Position numbers and translations under genes: made by a program
Notes under the pieces: model-generated
What the model saw: only the letters and a program-made list of their open reading frames with translations
Databases searched by the model: none
What the model was told of the DNA's origin: nothing
NCBI GenBank assembly: GCA_028023455.1
Contig: JAQFVV010000006.1
Span: forward strand, 8,184,001-8,248,000
Source of the DNA: Epiperipatus broadwayi
Taxonomy: Eukaryota > Animalia > Onychophora
DNA length: 64,000 nucleotides
Reading direction: 5' to 3'
Part shown: in pieces, positions 51,454-62,577 of the stretch
Layout of the letters: the number at the start of each line of letters is the position of its first letter
How positions within the stretch are numbered: position 1 is the stretch's first letter

Positions 51454-51725
51454 TAATATTTTGATATTTCTAACTTCACCGACAAGCGTTCGAAGCACGG
51501 TATAATTACTATTAATCAATGTAATAAAGCAATTAACCTGATATAATACTTCTAAAGTGCTTCCCATCCTTTTTTTTTTTTTAAAAAAAATCTGTATGTT
51601 CAGAAATAGATGCAATGCTGCTTAGCCAAAGTTACTTCAAAGAGAGGACTAACCTTATTCTAAGTTTTGCATATTTTAAAATACATAAAAGTAAAAAAAA
51701 TGCTACACTTAATGTTAAGCAGTGA

Positions 51726-51981
51726 TTCTACAATTTACTTTTTTTTTTTTACATGTGTCAAAGCATCGGTCAGGAAGCGAACCCACAAACCCGGGACAAC
51801 TGCTTGTAAGGCGGCTGTGCTGACCACTCGACCACCAACGCTTGACTTCTACAATTTACTTTTTTTTTTTACATGTGTCAAAGCATCGGTCAGGAAGCGA
51901 ACCCACAAACCCGGGACAACTGCTTGTAAGGCGGCTGTGCTGACCCCTCGACCACCAACGCTTGACTTCTACAATTTACTT
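51726..51981 (-). mobile_element. Two tandem tRNA-Gly-derived SINEs sharing a triplicated TSD
   Basis: ~120 bp near-identical units with poly-A tail (poly-T on +); ttctacaatttact at 51726, 51847 and 51967. Confidence 0.9.
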
Positions 51982-52189
51982 GTGAATTAATTAGTCAATT
52001 TATATATATATTTTATCAATTTCATTTAACAAGTAACATGACATATGATTGACATTATATAGACACACATCTAGGTCTTTCCACCTGGAATTTTCTTTTA
52101 TTAATTAAATATGCATTTGCTTTAAAAAATCATCAAGAATTTCTTTTTAATAGCTCCCATAAAATTAGGAACAGATTGGAAGCCTTTGT

Positions 52190-52560
52190 GATTTGGTTAT
52201 AAGGATGGGGGGAAAAAATTAGTTGGGTGAATAAAATAACAATGTGAAAAAAATTTGAAATGAGTAAATGGAAAAAAAAAAGGTTGATGGAGGAAATTAG
52301 AAATAGAAACTAGATTAGACATAATAAGGAGAAAGAGTAGGTTATTGAAAGATGTTTTGATGGGAGTGGTGAGTGGAAACAAAAAAAAAAAGGACAGAAA
52401 AGATTGACAATGCTGGATGATATAAGAGATTGGAAAAGTTATGTGGAATTGAAGTGCTGGGTAGTGAAGAACACAGAATGGAAAAATGGATGAAATGTTG
52501 ATATGACTGTTCTCTGGACCTATCCATTGGACAAAATACTACTAGTGATGATGATGATCT
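52190..52560 (+). pseudogene. RTE-like LINE 3' end with (GAT)n tail
   Basis: GQKRLTMLDDIRDWKSYVELK.. then ggacaaaatactactagtgatgatgatgat; homologous to 57440-57810. Confidence 0.7.
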
Positions 52561-52599
52561 GTGTATGTTTTTCTTATCATAAGCCTCATATTCTCACCA

Positions 52600-52760
52600 C
52601 TTTTATGCCATCCAGTGTGTAAGCGTTAGTAATCAATAGATGGCAGATGGTAATGCTATTATTAATAAATCCTTATTCGATGTAAATATCTCCAGACTAG
52701 TTTCTAGCCTATGGCTTTCATCAGTGAGAAGTATTTTGGATTTCTTCGAATCATACACTA
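52600..52760 (-). mobile_element. Family A-related copy; HHR at 52690-52729
   Basis: TCTCA CTGATGA AAGC CATAG GCTA GAAAC TA GTC TGGAG. Core intact, palindromic ACTAGT. Confidence 0.7.
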
Positions 52761-53003
52761 GGATCTTTTGGATTTAATGCACCTTTCCTCTAGAGCCATT
52801 TTTTATTTTTTAATTTAAAACTACCAATACAAATTGAAAATCTTCTTTTTTAATTTTTTTCAATCCATGCCCATTTATTTACACAGTTATTTAGAAATGA
52901 AATTGGTTGTTTTTATATATTGAAGTGATTTTCGTTTTTTTTTTTTTAAAATAATCTTAAGTACTTTTATTATTTGATCACAGTTCAAACAAAATCCAAA
53001 AAG

Positions 53004-53045
53004 CTCCTCATTGACGAAAACCTATGCTGGATATTAGTCTGGGGT
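53004..53045 (+). ncRNA. Degenerate family A hammerhead motif
   Basis: CCTCA TTGACGA AAAC CTAT GCTG GATAT TA GTC TGGGG. Confidence 0.45.
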
Positions 53046-53779
53046 TACTTGGGTTGGACAGCATAAGATAAGAATTTATAAGGCACAATCATCTGCTGTC
53101 TACTGATTACTAAGACTTACAGTAGATGAAATAAAAGTGAGGAGAATAAAAGTTTGCTAATGAATAACAGGAGAGTAAGCTAAGAACATTTAACATTGGT
53201 TTTGGATATCAAATGGTATTAATTGGCTCGGACATTAATAAGCCAAGTGATAAATTCCGTTCAAGAGATTTAACTTTTTTACTTTTCTCAACTATATATA
53301 TATGAACTCATGAATCTCCACTCACAGCTATTGCTATGCTTAAATGATTTGTGCTTTAAGTGATATTAAAAATAGAGTAAAATAACACTTATCCTTAGTG
53401 ACTGTACTGCGAAATAATAGTTTTCTGCCAGGAGAAAATAGGCATGGAAAAACCCTTGGACTGTCTTTTTCTGGTATTTGACAAGTCCAAATAAAGGTCT
53501 TTTCTTCACTGCCCCTCTATAAAGGACTGCTAGAAAAGTTTTTGCTCTACAGGGGGTTATTTAAAAGGTGTTTTACCTTTTACATTTATGAGGTCTTTTA
53601 CTAAATCTAAAATAAATTTGATTATTGATTTGCATAACATAACCAATTACTTAATTAATACATTATAGAGCTATATTTTATGGTATAATGAGTTAATAAA
53701 AAATGAGAGGAAATATAATTACTCCAACACAGTTTTGCTCCAATACTGTTTTCAAATTTTTATGATAGTCATCTTTGGA

Positions 53780-54460
53780 ACCATATGTGGCTTCATGAAA
53801 CCGAAGTCAAGATGCGATACAGGGTTTGACAGTGGAATTTTCTGATTTGACTTGATCAAGAGTAAAAACAAAAAGGAATTTCCTAATTTGACTTGATTAA
53901 GAGTAAAAACAAGAACTTCATTTTCTCAGAATCTAAATTTACAGTATGATGATGATTGAGCTCTTTTTGCCAGTCGAAAATATGACTCACAGAACATACT
54001 TAACATTTTGAATGCAACATTTAACATCCTTGATTTCATAATTAATGTTAAAAAAAAATCCAAGTTCTTTATCAGCCAGTGATGAAAGAAATCAACTTGC
54101 GAATGTAAACCAATCTAAATACCTTGGTAATTTTATGAGTAGAAAGGTGGAATTAGATGCTGTGATACAACACAGACTGATATGCTGTTACTGCTTTTAA
54201 CAAATGCAAGTAAGTTGTCTACATATAAAGCTATTATTTTACCTAATTTATTACAAGTAAAACTCAGATATCCATCCTATTGATGCCATATAAAGTAATT
54301 AGAAAAGTTTCATTTAAGAATGCTCTATAAATCCATAAAGGTAAGATCATGAAACCAATTAATATGTTCTTCAACTTCCTGGATGTAATACTTTAGTTTA
54401 CTATTGTAAAATCACATCTTTATTGGACTGGACATGTAAAACAAATGAAGAATACAAGAC
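53780..54460 (+). pseudogene. RTE/BovB-like LINE RT fragment
   Basis: Degenerate LQYDDD(*)ALF, INVKK, KYLGNFMSRKVELDAVIQHR. Confidence 0.65.
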
Positions 54461-54597
54461 GGTGAACTTAGGCAAGGTTTTTGTGGGAGAGGTAGACCCC
54501 ATCCATATTAGTTTCCACTGAAAAGATATGGCAGAGAAGAGAACACATTACAGAGGTACAGTTAGACATGGGGTTGAAGTATTTCAGAATGAAATTA

Positions 54598-54955
54598 TAA
54601 GAGAATATTATGAAATATCAGACCGAAAAATGGACCAATATGTTTTATACATGGCCACATTTCTGTTTCCCAGATTGCTTCATATAGTCATTGTAAATTT
54701 TTCTTCTTCCACTTCTTTTCTTTCCTTGAAATTAGATCAATCAAATTCATTTTAAAGTGGCTGCTATATATTTATAAGAGAATATTACAAAATATCAAAC
54801 AGAAAAATGGGCCAATATGTTATATACATGGACGTTATTTCTGTTTCTCAGATTGCTTCGTATAGTCATTGTAAGTTTTTCTTCTTCCACTTCTTTTCTT
54901 TCCTTGGAATTAGAACAATCATATTCATTTAAAAGTGGCTGCTATATATTTAACT
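54598..54955. repeat. ~180 bp tandem duplication
   Basis: gagaatatta..aaatatca.ac.gaaaaatgg.ccaatatg...aaagtggctgctatatatt occurs twice. Confidence 0.85.
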
Positions 54956-56454
54956 AAGAATGTAAGATCATAATGTAAATATCCAAATTCTGAACTGTAA
55001 ACTATATCAAAATATGATTCCTAGAACTGGTTTCTGAGAACTCTCTTTATATCAAATTAATTTACTATAAACAAGATGCACACCTATTCTGACTTATGAT
55101 TTAAAATGTTGGTATTTAGTACAGTTTATCTTACATTGATAATTCTGTACCTTCATGTCCTTTCGCTTTCAAAACAATAGAATTGCTGTTGGGCTATTTT
55201 CATTCACAAACACTCATAAAGAAGTCAAGTCAGGCTGTTTACTTTACTTCCAGAAGAAACAAAATAGAAAGGCAAACAAATAAAAAGGTGCAAACAAAGA
55301 TAAAACAAAAAAAATTTAAAAAGAATATAACTGTGTGGAAATGTGATTTGCAAAACCATAATCTTATTACCACAATTACATGTTTTGTTACTATTTTAAA
55401 TGACTGAAACCAGTAAAGTACCAAAAGGTAGAGAATGAAAGAAAAAATAAATGACGGAAAAATTAATAATAGAAGATGAGGTTAATTTTTGAAAGGATCA
55501 GTTTGATGTGTATATAATAGTATTTAAATTATAGTTTATCACAGCATTTAAAAAAAAACAACTGCGAAGCAAATCTGTCAAAAAGTGTTAATAAAAATAT
55601 CAATTGTCCTGATCTGACAAACTCTAGCAGCGATAGAAGTTAACTTAAAATAGTTAAAAAACTGATGAAGTAAATACTAAATGCAACCTTGGAATACTGT
55701 AATATCTGTAACACTAAAAACATTTGATATACACTTCTGAAACATACTTCAAATTATAAAATTCCTTGTTTTTGATATCAGCTTGTGAAGATTTTCTTTT
55801 TTCGACAACTACTTTTTGTAGAACCTTAAAAATTTACAAGAAGTTTAAAAAAAGTCAAAAATTAAAAGCCATTTATTTTTTGCCCTCTTTCTCTTTTTCT
55901 TTTCAACTGCATAACTAGTCAATACAGATTTGGTAAATACATTATTCAAAATTTGTTTTATCATATTTTAAGATGTGAATTTTCAAAATAATTAAATATC
56001 TTTCGAAATACATATTATTTAAATGGGTATTATAATGAAGTGATGGGGTGTTCGTAAGAAATTTGAGAGCCAGAAGTACTAGAATTGGAATAGATCTGAG
56101 GATCTTGTACTCCAAAGTCCGATACTCTAACACTGTTCTAAACACACAGGGCAGGAACATTGTCCATTAGAAGTCTCTGTCGAACAAATACAACCATTTT
56201 ACTTCCAAAAAAAAAAAAAAATAGATAGGTGGGGGGGGGATAAAATAATAAAGGATAAAATTCATTTACAAGGATACATAATGCTGTTGTTATGATTAAT
56301 ACAAAATTTAATGCAATATTAGAAGACTATCCTACCTAATTTGGTGCAACAGTAGAAGAGCAGTTTCTGGAGTTCTCAGTCGATGGCTCATTTCTCCAGC
56401 TGTCATTTTCTAGTAGGCAAAATTCCTATGGATTCTCAAGCAACAAACTATTCG

Positions 56455-56590
56455 ATTCATCATCACCTTTTCAGCCATTATTGATCCATTGCAGGATGAA
56501 GGTTTCTCCAAGTTTCATCCATCTCCAATCTCTAAGCCTCTCTTCTCCACCAGCACACTTACTTTTTTAATCCATCCATTTCACATGTAA
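56455..56590 (-). pseudogene. RTE-like LINE extreme 3' fragment
   Basis: Homologous to 44580-44720 and 59920-60050. Confidence 0.55.
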
Positions 56591-56603
56591 TCTCTTTTGA
56601 GGT

Positions 56604-56910
56604 CATTAAAACAGGCTAAACTTTCTATACAGTAGTGCCGCTCATTACAAGCCAGAGCAATCAATGGATGCCAGAAGGCTTGTGCATAAAATTCCCATCT
56701 ACTGCCTACTCATCCAATATCCCCAGACTAATTTCTGGCTTGGTGTCTTCATCAGTGAGGAGCCTTGGATCTGAGAGCACTGCACCTAGATCTTAGGATC
56801 TAATACAACCCTCTGGCTTGCACTAAGTGCACTACTGTATGGAGAGTTTTGCCTGTTTTAATGACAGTTATGAGCAAGCATTGGAAATGGTGATCATGTG
56901 ATGTTTAGTG
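56604..56910. mobile_element. Family A element with inverted termini; HHR at 56721-56760 (-)
   Basis: CCTCA CTGATGA AGAC ACCAA GCCA GAAAT TA GTC TGGGG; ends tcattaaaacaggc..caagccagag / ctctggcttgca..gcctgttttaatga. Confidence 0.8.
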
Positions 56911-57439
56911 TAGCTCTGTCTAACATCTCTTGAAATCCAGTTTAACATTTCAACTGTCCATCTACTGATGGTAAACTGCTGAATCTAAATGCTTAAAGAT
57001 CCTAAATTGAAACTAAAATGGCATTTCAACTGCTCAAACATCATGTAATCTCCCAAGCTATAACAAAAAACTATTTAATTATTTTTATTTTTTACTAACA
57101 GCATTTGAATGAAGATTAGTCTGCGCAAACCTTCAGATAACAAGTTAAAGAAATGGGGGGTGGTGTAGAATAATGATGGTTAATATCATTACAAAGCCTG
57201 CAGTAACCATCAGTGAACCAAGTTAAGAAGATAGTGATTTTAATACGATTTTGTAAAATTTTACATATCATCGTGGGAAATATTTCAATTATTAATGTGA
57301 AATGATTTATACTATAAACAAAATAATCCATCAGCAGGTTATAGCAAATAAATATTTGAATAAGAGCATTGCTATAATACATTGCCAGCATTGAAAAAGA
57401 AATATTTTGTTGAACTTTTAAAGAGAGAATAAAGAAAAA

Positions 57440-57810
57440 AATTAATTAAATGCTATATATGGAATGTACTATTATATGGTTGTGAAAAATGGACAATAAG
57501 TAAAAAAAATCAGTTGGATGAGTAAAATAACAATTGAAGAAGTTTTGAAAAGAGTAAATAAAAAATGAAGATTGACTGAGGAATTTAGATAGAAAAAGAA
57601 AATGGATTGGACATGTATTAAAAAATATATATATATTTATGAAATATGTTTTATGGTGAGTAAAAATATGAAAAAATGATACAAAAGATAAGATCTTCCT
57701 GAATATTATAAGAGATTGGAAGAGATGCCTGAAATGGAATGGATAAAATTGTGATGACTGCTCTCTGTATCTATCCATAGGACAGAACACTATTGATTGA
57801 TTGACTGTAA
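57440..57810 (+). pseudogene. RTE-like LINE 3' end with (TTGA)n tail
   Basis: AIWNVLLYGCEKWTI motif; ggacagaacactattgattgattgac. Confidence 0.7.
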
Positions 57811-59842
57811 GCATTATTAATTTTTTTGTACCAATTCTTGTTAATGATACAAGTAGTGTTCACAAGCATCCACACTTCTCGGATTGTACCATTTCAAATA
57901 CAAACATGTACAATTATAATTAAACTTCCAAGAGGTTATTTTCACTCTACCCCAGAGTAATTTACTGTGAGCCAAGTAATCAATAGATGCTAGATGGTAG
58001 TACTATGTAATATCTGCTTTCACTGATTGACTTCTGGCTTTTGCTTTCAATAGTGATAATTTAAGATTCAAAACTGGAACTAAGCATGCTTCTAGGAGCT
58101 ATCTTTAACCACTTTATGCTATCCATGCTGATGGATTGAAAGTTGACTAAGATTTTGAAGTAAAATCAACATTTGTATAGTTAAAGATATATCAGACCAT
58201 CTCAGTGGCCTCAGTTTTATGCTAATTGTAGGCTCTTTCTACTCATTATAAAGGAATATTAATATCATTTAAAGCATCACATGATTTTCCTAGCTTACAC
58301 ATGTGCTTCCGAGAGCAGTTCTTTTTTACATTGTAACAGAGCAATCCTACTGGAAGACTGAGTAATCAATTGATAATTGATGGTAGTGCTATATAATATT
58401 CATATCTCTAGAGTGGTTTCTGACTTTAGCCTTTATCAGGGAAAAACTTCGAATTCAAACCTAGAACTAATCCACTTTGAGATTGTTGATTGTTATTCTC
58501 GTAGTTGAAGTATGGACTGCTTTCAATGAATTTACATTTACAAACCCATCTAGTCTTGAGCATTATATATATATTCGATATTAAGTTAGTAGCTATATTT
58601 TAGTGATAAGAGTTTTATGCTAACTGTAGGCACTTTCTACTCTTGGTCTAGGACAGTTCACAAGAATTAAAAACATCATGTCTTTTTCGCATGCCTCTAC
58701 CAGTCCATTCCAGATCCACACGTGATATATTATAGTTAAAATTACTTCTATCAGATAAAAACTAAAATAAATGACTACTTCAAAGATCAGATCTTTAGAC
58801 ATTTACAGTACATGGGTAATAGATATTTACCGACGTGTATATACAAACTCAAAAGCACATATTTAAATTTAGCTTTCATATCAACATTCGGGAGTGCTTT
58901 TATTTTTCTGCTTGAAATATTTTTTTCAATACTGATTCATCATCTTTTACTATTAAGCACTTTATAAGAAATGGCTAGCGCAATTTTTCCAATGTCCGCT
59001 TTTATTGCTTTGGATATTGATTCTAGAATAATAATAAAAGATTGGAGTCTGGGGGTGGGGTCTTAGAAAAAAAAAAGACTTAGGAATCTGTTTCAACGCG
59101 GAAAAGACGGCCGCATAAAATCAAAGATCATTTAAACTCAACATTTCATAATTGTACGAAATAGACCATTATTACCGGGTCTTCTTTTTATTTTTCATTA
59201 AATATATATCTACAAATAGTCATAATCTTAATAAAAGTATGTATTTTCCAGAACTAGGGTAAAAGTACGATAATTTGTCTAAACTGACAGGTCGATGCCC
59301 ATCGGAATAGATATACTTGTTTTCAGTTTTTTTCAAAAGATATTGAATTTATTCCGCACTTTCAAAAAATAAATATATTTAAAATTGCACTTAAAAAGAA
59401 AAATCTAACAAAACAAATGCAATAATGGTAAAAGACAATAACACAAATATATACTATATACACATTTCAATTCCACACGCTGGAAAAAAAAAAAATCAGT
59501 ACTTCCCGAAGTCAAATGCGCAACTCATCTAGCAACGAACAGTAATAAAAATGATCCTACTTTACCACTAGCACATCAAGATACACGTAGACAAGTATAT
59601 TTAATCTGCCACAAATCAACCAAGAAGTAATACATTTCCTAAATAAATAAATCTAAATTTAATTTATATAAGGTGGAATAAATATTTATTTGTTTTTACG
59701 GCTTATTACAATTACCAAATAGAAATTTAATATATATATAGAAAACTCCACGTGCGTAACGTAACGCTCTCTGAAAAATTATAGAATAATCTGCACCTAC
59801 TGATAAAAAAGATTCAGAAACTATATTTGCCACTCTCTTCTA

Positions 59843-59855
59843 GTTGCTTAGCAAC
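59843..59855. promoter_or_regulatory. RFX X-box motif in a CpG-retaining promoter-like region
   Basis: GTTGCTTAGCAAC. Half-site CTAGCAAC at 59529-59536, CACGTG near 59749, locally frequent CG. Confidence 0.45.
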
Positions 59856-59914
59856 GAGTAGCAATATTATTACGTGGTCTCACTTTACCAATAGATTGTC
59901 AAAATATATCATTA

Positions 59915-60820
59915 TCATCATCAATTTCAACCATTATCAATTCTCTGCAGAATGAAGATCTCTCAAAGTTTCCTGCAGCTTCTCCAAACTCTAATTTCTC
60001 CACATCACACCAGCAACTTCCTTACTTCATCCATCCATTTCACATGTAGTCTATTTCTATGTCTTTTACAATCTCCCAAAATATTCAGTTCAAATGTCCA
60101 ACTATTATCATCTTTTCTAGCAATATATCCTGCCCAGCTCGATCTTAGCCAATTAATTCTTTCAATGATGTCAGTGATACATGTTGATTGCTTCACCCAC
60201 GTATTTCATTTTTGATCTCTTCTCGTTACTCCTAACATATGTCTCTCCGTACTTTGTTGAATAGTCTGAAGTCTCTGCATTGCTCTTCTGTTAAATATCA
60301 AAATGTCCAAATCTCAGATCCATAAGTAAGAACTGGTAAAACATTTTTTTTTCCTTTTCAAATGCATAGGCAAATTTCTTTTTAATATTGTTATTTCTAC
60401 CAACAGCTCCCGCAAATTTCTTTTTAATATTGTTATTTCTACCAAAAGCTCCCCATCTATGTTTAATATCTATGACTAATTTCATCCATTATGTTTCCAT
60501 CTGTATTAAAATTCTGATCAAGATATTGCTAGATATTAATTTCTTCCAATTCATCATTATCAATCTTTAGTTTATTTTTCTGAGAAAATTCATCGTGCAC
60601 TACTTCAATCTTTTTAGCATTATTATTTCACCCTTTTTCCATCTCTTGAAACTCTGAAGCATTATTTACAAAACAACCACATCATCTGAAACATTTAGGC
60701 AACTTAAATAATCTCCATTTACTTTAACTCCCTTAACTACTCATTTTAATTCATAAAATACTTCTTGTAAAACTGCTGTAACAAGTTTTGGAGTATGAAA
60801 CCATCCCATCACACTTTTTC
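59915..60820 (-). pseudogene. RTE-like LINE RT and 3' fragment
   Basis: ORF 60005-60196 (WLRSSWAGYIARKDDNSW) plus upstream degenerate LTYGSE and SPKL.TAVLQEVF...DDVVV motifs. Contains a 42-bp tandem duplication at 60370-60452. Confidence 0.8.
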
Positions 60821-61575
60821 TCAATGCTAATCTTTCTTAACTAATCATTGCTGCTGAAATTTAGAGAAATATTTTTCAGAATATAATGATATTCTGGGTT
60901 TCTATCTTGATGATCCAATACTTTAATTGCTGTAGAAATGTTTGTAAGATCAAATGCTTTATTAAAATATAATGGATCCTCCCTTTGAATGCAATCAGCC
61001 TGTCAGTTTTACTTTAACTCTCGGCCTGGAGCAATTGGCTTTCATTAGCTACTGCAAGTGCTTTCTAATTAAGTAGTTATAAATGGATAACTCCACACAT
61101 TAAATATTTTCTATGCTTTATTAATAATTACAAATATAAAGCATAATGGCAATTCATATTCATTGGTCATTTCTATAATTTTTCTCAATACTTAGAAATG
61201 ATCGATTAGGCTAAAACCATTTTTAAATCTAGCTAGTTCTTTTGGTTAGTTAAAATCCAAAGCTTGCTGTAGATAAATTATAATTATCTTTAAAATATTT
61301 TGTATACAAACTTAAAAAAGACTGTTATGTCTGTAATAACAAGTGACAAAAATCATCCAATCTTATTGGCTCCTCAAGGAATGTATTGCATATTTATTTT
61401 ATATTATTTCTCGGTAGATTAAAATTTTGCACTTATTAGTGACCATTTAAATTTACATGTCTATATGTAGATATATATTCTTAAACAGCCACAAGTAAAT
61501 GAATTTAAAACAATCCAGAAGTAATAATATAAAGACGTCAATACAAAACATGGGAAACTATCGGTAAGGTTAGAT

Positions 61576-61975
61576 CATTCTTATTATATGTCATTGCTAG
61601 GCAATTACAGATGAGTGATGCCATTCTTATTACATGTTGTTGCTAGGCAATTAAAGATGAATGGCATATCTGATTTGCATTATTATATTTTGTTGCTAGA
61701 CAATTACAGATGAGTGACATAATTCTTATTATATGTTGTTGCTAAGCAATTAAAGACGAATGCCATATCTGATTTGCATCTTATATGTTGTTGCTAGATA
61801 ATTACAGATGAGTGACATCATTCTTATTATATGTTGTTGCTAGGCAATTAAAGATGAATGGCATATCTGATTTGTATTCTCATTATATGTTGTTGCTAGA
61901 CAATTACAGATGAGTGATGTCATTCTTATTATATGTTGTTGCTAGGCAATTGAAGATGAATGTCATATCTGATTT
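61576..61975. repeat. Higher-order minisatellite (AB)x4, ~100 bp period
   Basis: A: ttgctag(a/g)caattacagatgagtga..cattcttattatatgt; B: tgttgctaggcaattaaagatgaatggcatatctgatttg..ttatat. Confidence 0.92.
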
Positions 61976-62577
61976 CTGGGCATTTTTAGTAGTAGATATT
62001 CTTTTTATATTTTACCACACAGCATTAGCAAATAAGAAATTTTCCATACATTCAATTACCATTTGATGGGTATAATAAGGTTAAAAAATAGTAAATATTT
62101 ATTCCATCTTATAATAACTAAAATTTATGCTGATTTATTTAGAATTTCATTATTTCATGGATGATTTAAATTTCACACTCATTTGTCACTGTTTAAATAT
62201 ACAATATCCTTGCAAAGATATTGGTAAAATTGGATCATTTCTGTTACTATTCAGTGATTTCTGAGCCTTTTTATCAGTAGGTACAAGTATTTTTTTCTAT
62301 ATTTTTCCAAATAGCATTATGCAGGTGTAATTTTCCATATACAGAATTATTTTTTGGTGGATATAATAAGAGACAAAAAGAAAAACAAGTTTATTCTATC
62401 TTATATAATTTAGTTTTAGATTGATTTGTAAACATTAATTCTTATTAAGCACAAGGTCAACCATGAGAGGAACCTCTACAAATCTTAACACAAGATTACA
62501 ACTTTTATAAAGATAAGAGTGGCTGTCTTATCTTCAACCTACTTTCTAATTATACAGGAAAATCTAAAGCATTTTGA

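Larger units (their letters stand above)
50860..51560 (+). mobile_element. Penelope-like element remnant (RT thumb/linker, GIY-YIG endonuclease, 3' pLTR)
   Basis: Upstream frame PYIPKVAKQL..; ORF 50981-51253 LVYKISC...C..VYYGE...R..QH is a GIY-YIG signature; degenerate HHR downstream. Confidence 0.8.

Noticed and set aside
6750-55680. Isolated CTGATGA heptamers (e.g. ~6755, 13064, 45528, 49008, 55662)
   Set aside because: No stem II, GAAA or NUH in the right spacing.
58628-58735. Possible terminal coding exon (+, ALSTLGLGQFTRIKN...*) or minus-strand 60 aa ORF
   Set aside because: Both strands are equally plausible, with no homology evidence.
5172-60570. Numerous 60-136 aa ORFs rich in F/I/L/K/Y
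   Set aside because: Expected by chance in very AT-rich DNA, or overlapping repeats; no recognisable domains.
61576-61975. Repeat array superficially resembling CRISPR
   Set aside because: Intervening sequences are themselves repeated (AB x4), there are no cas genes, and the context is eukaryotic.
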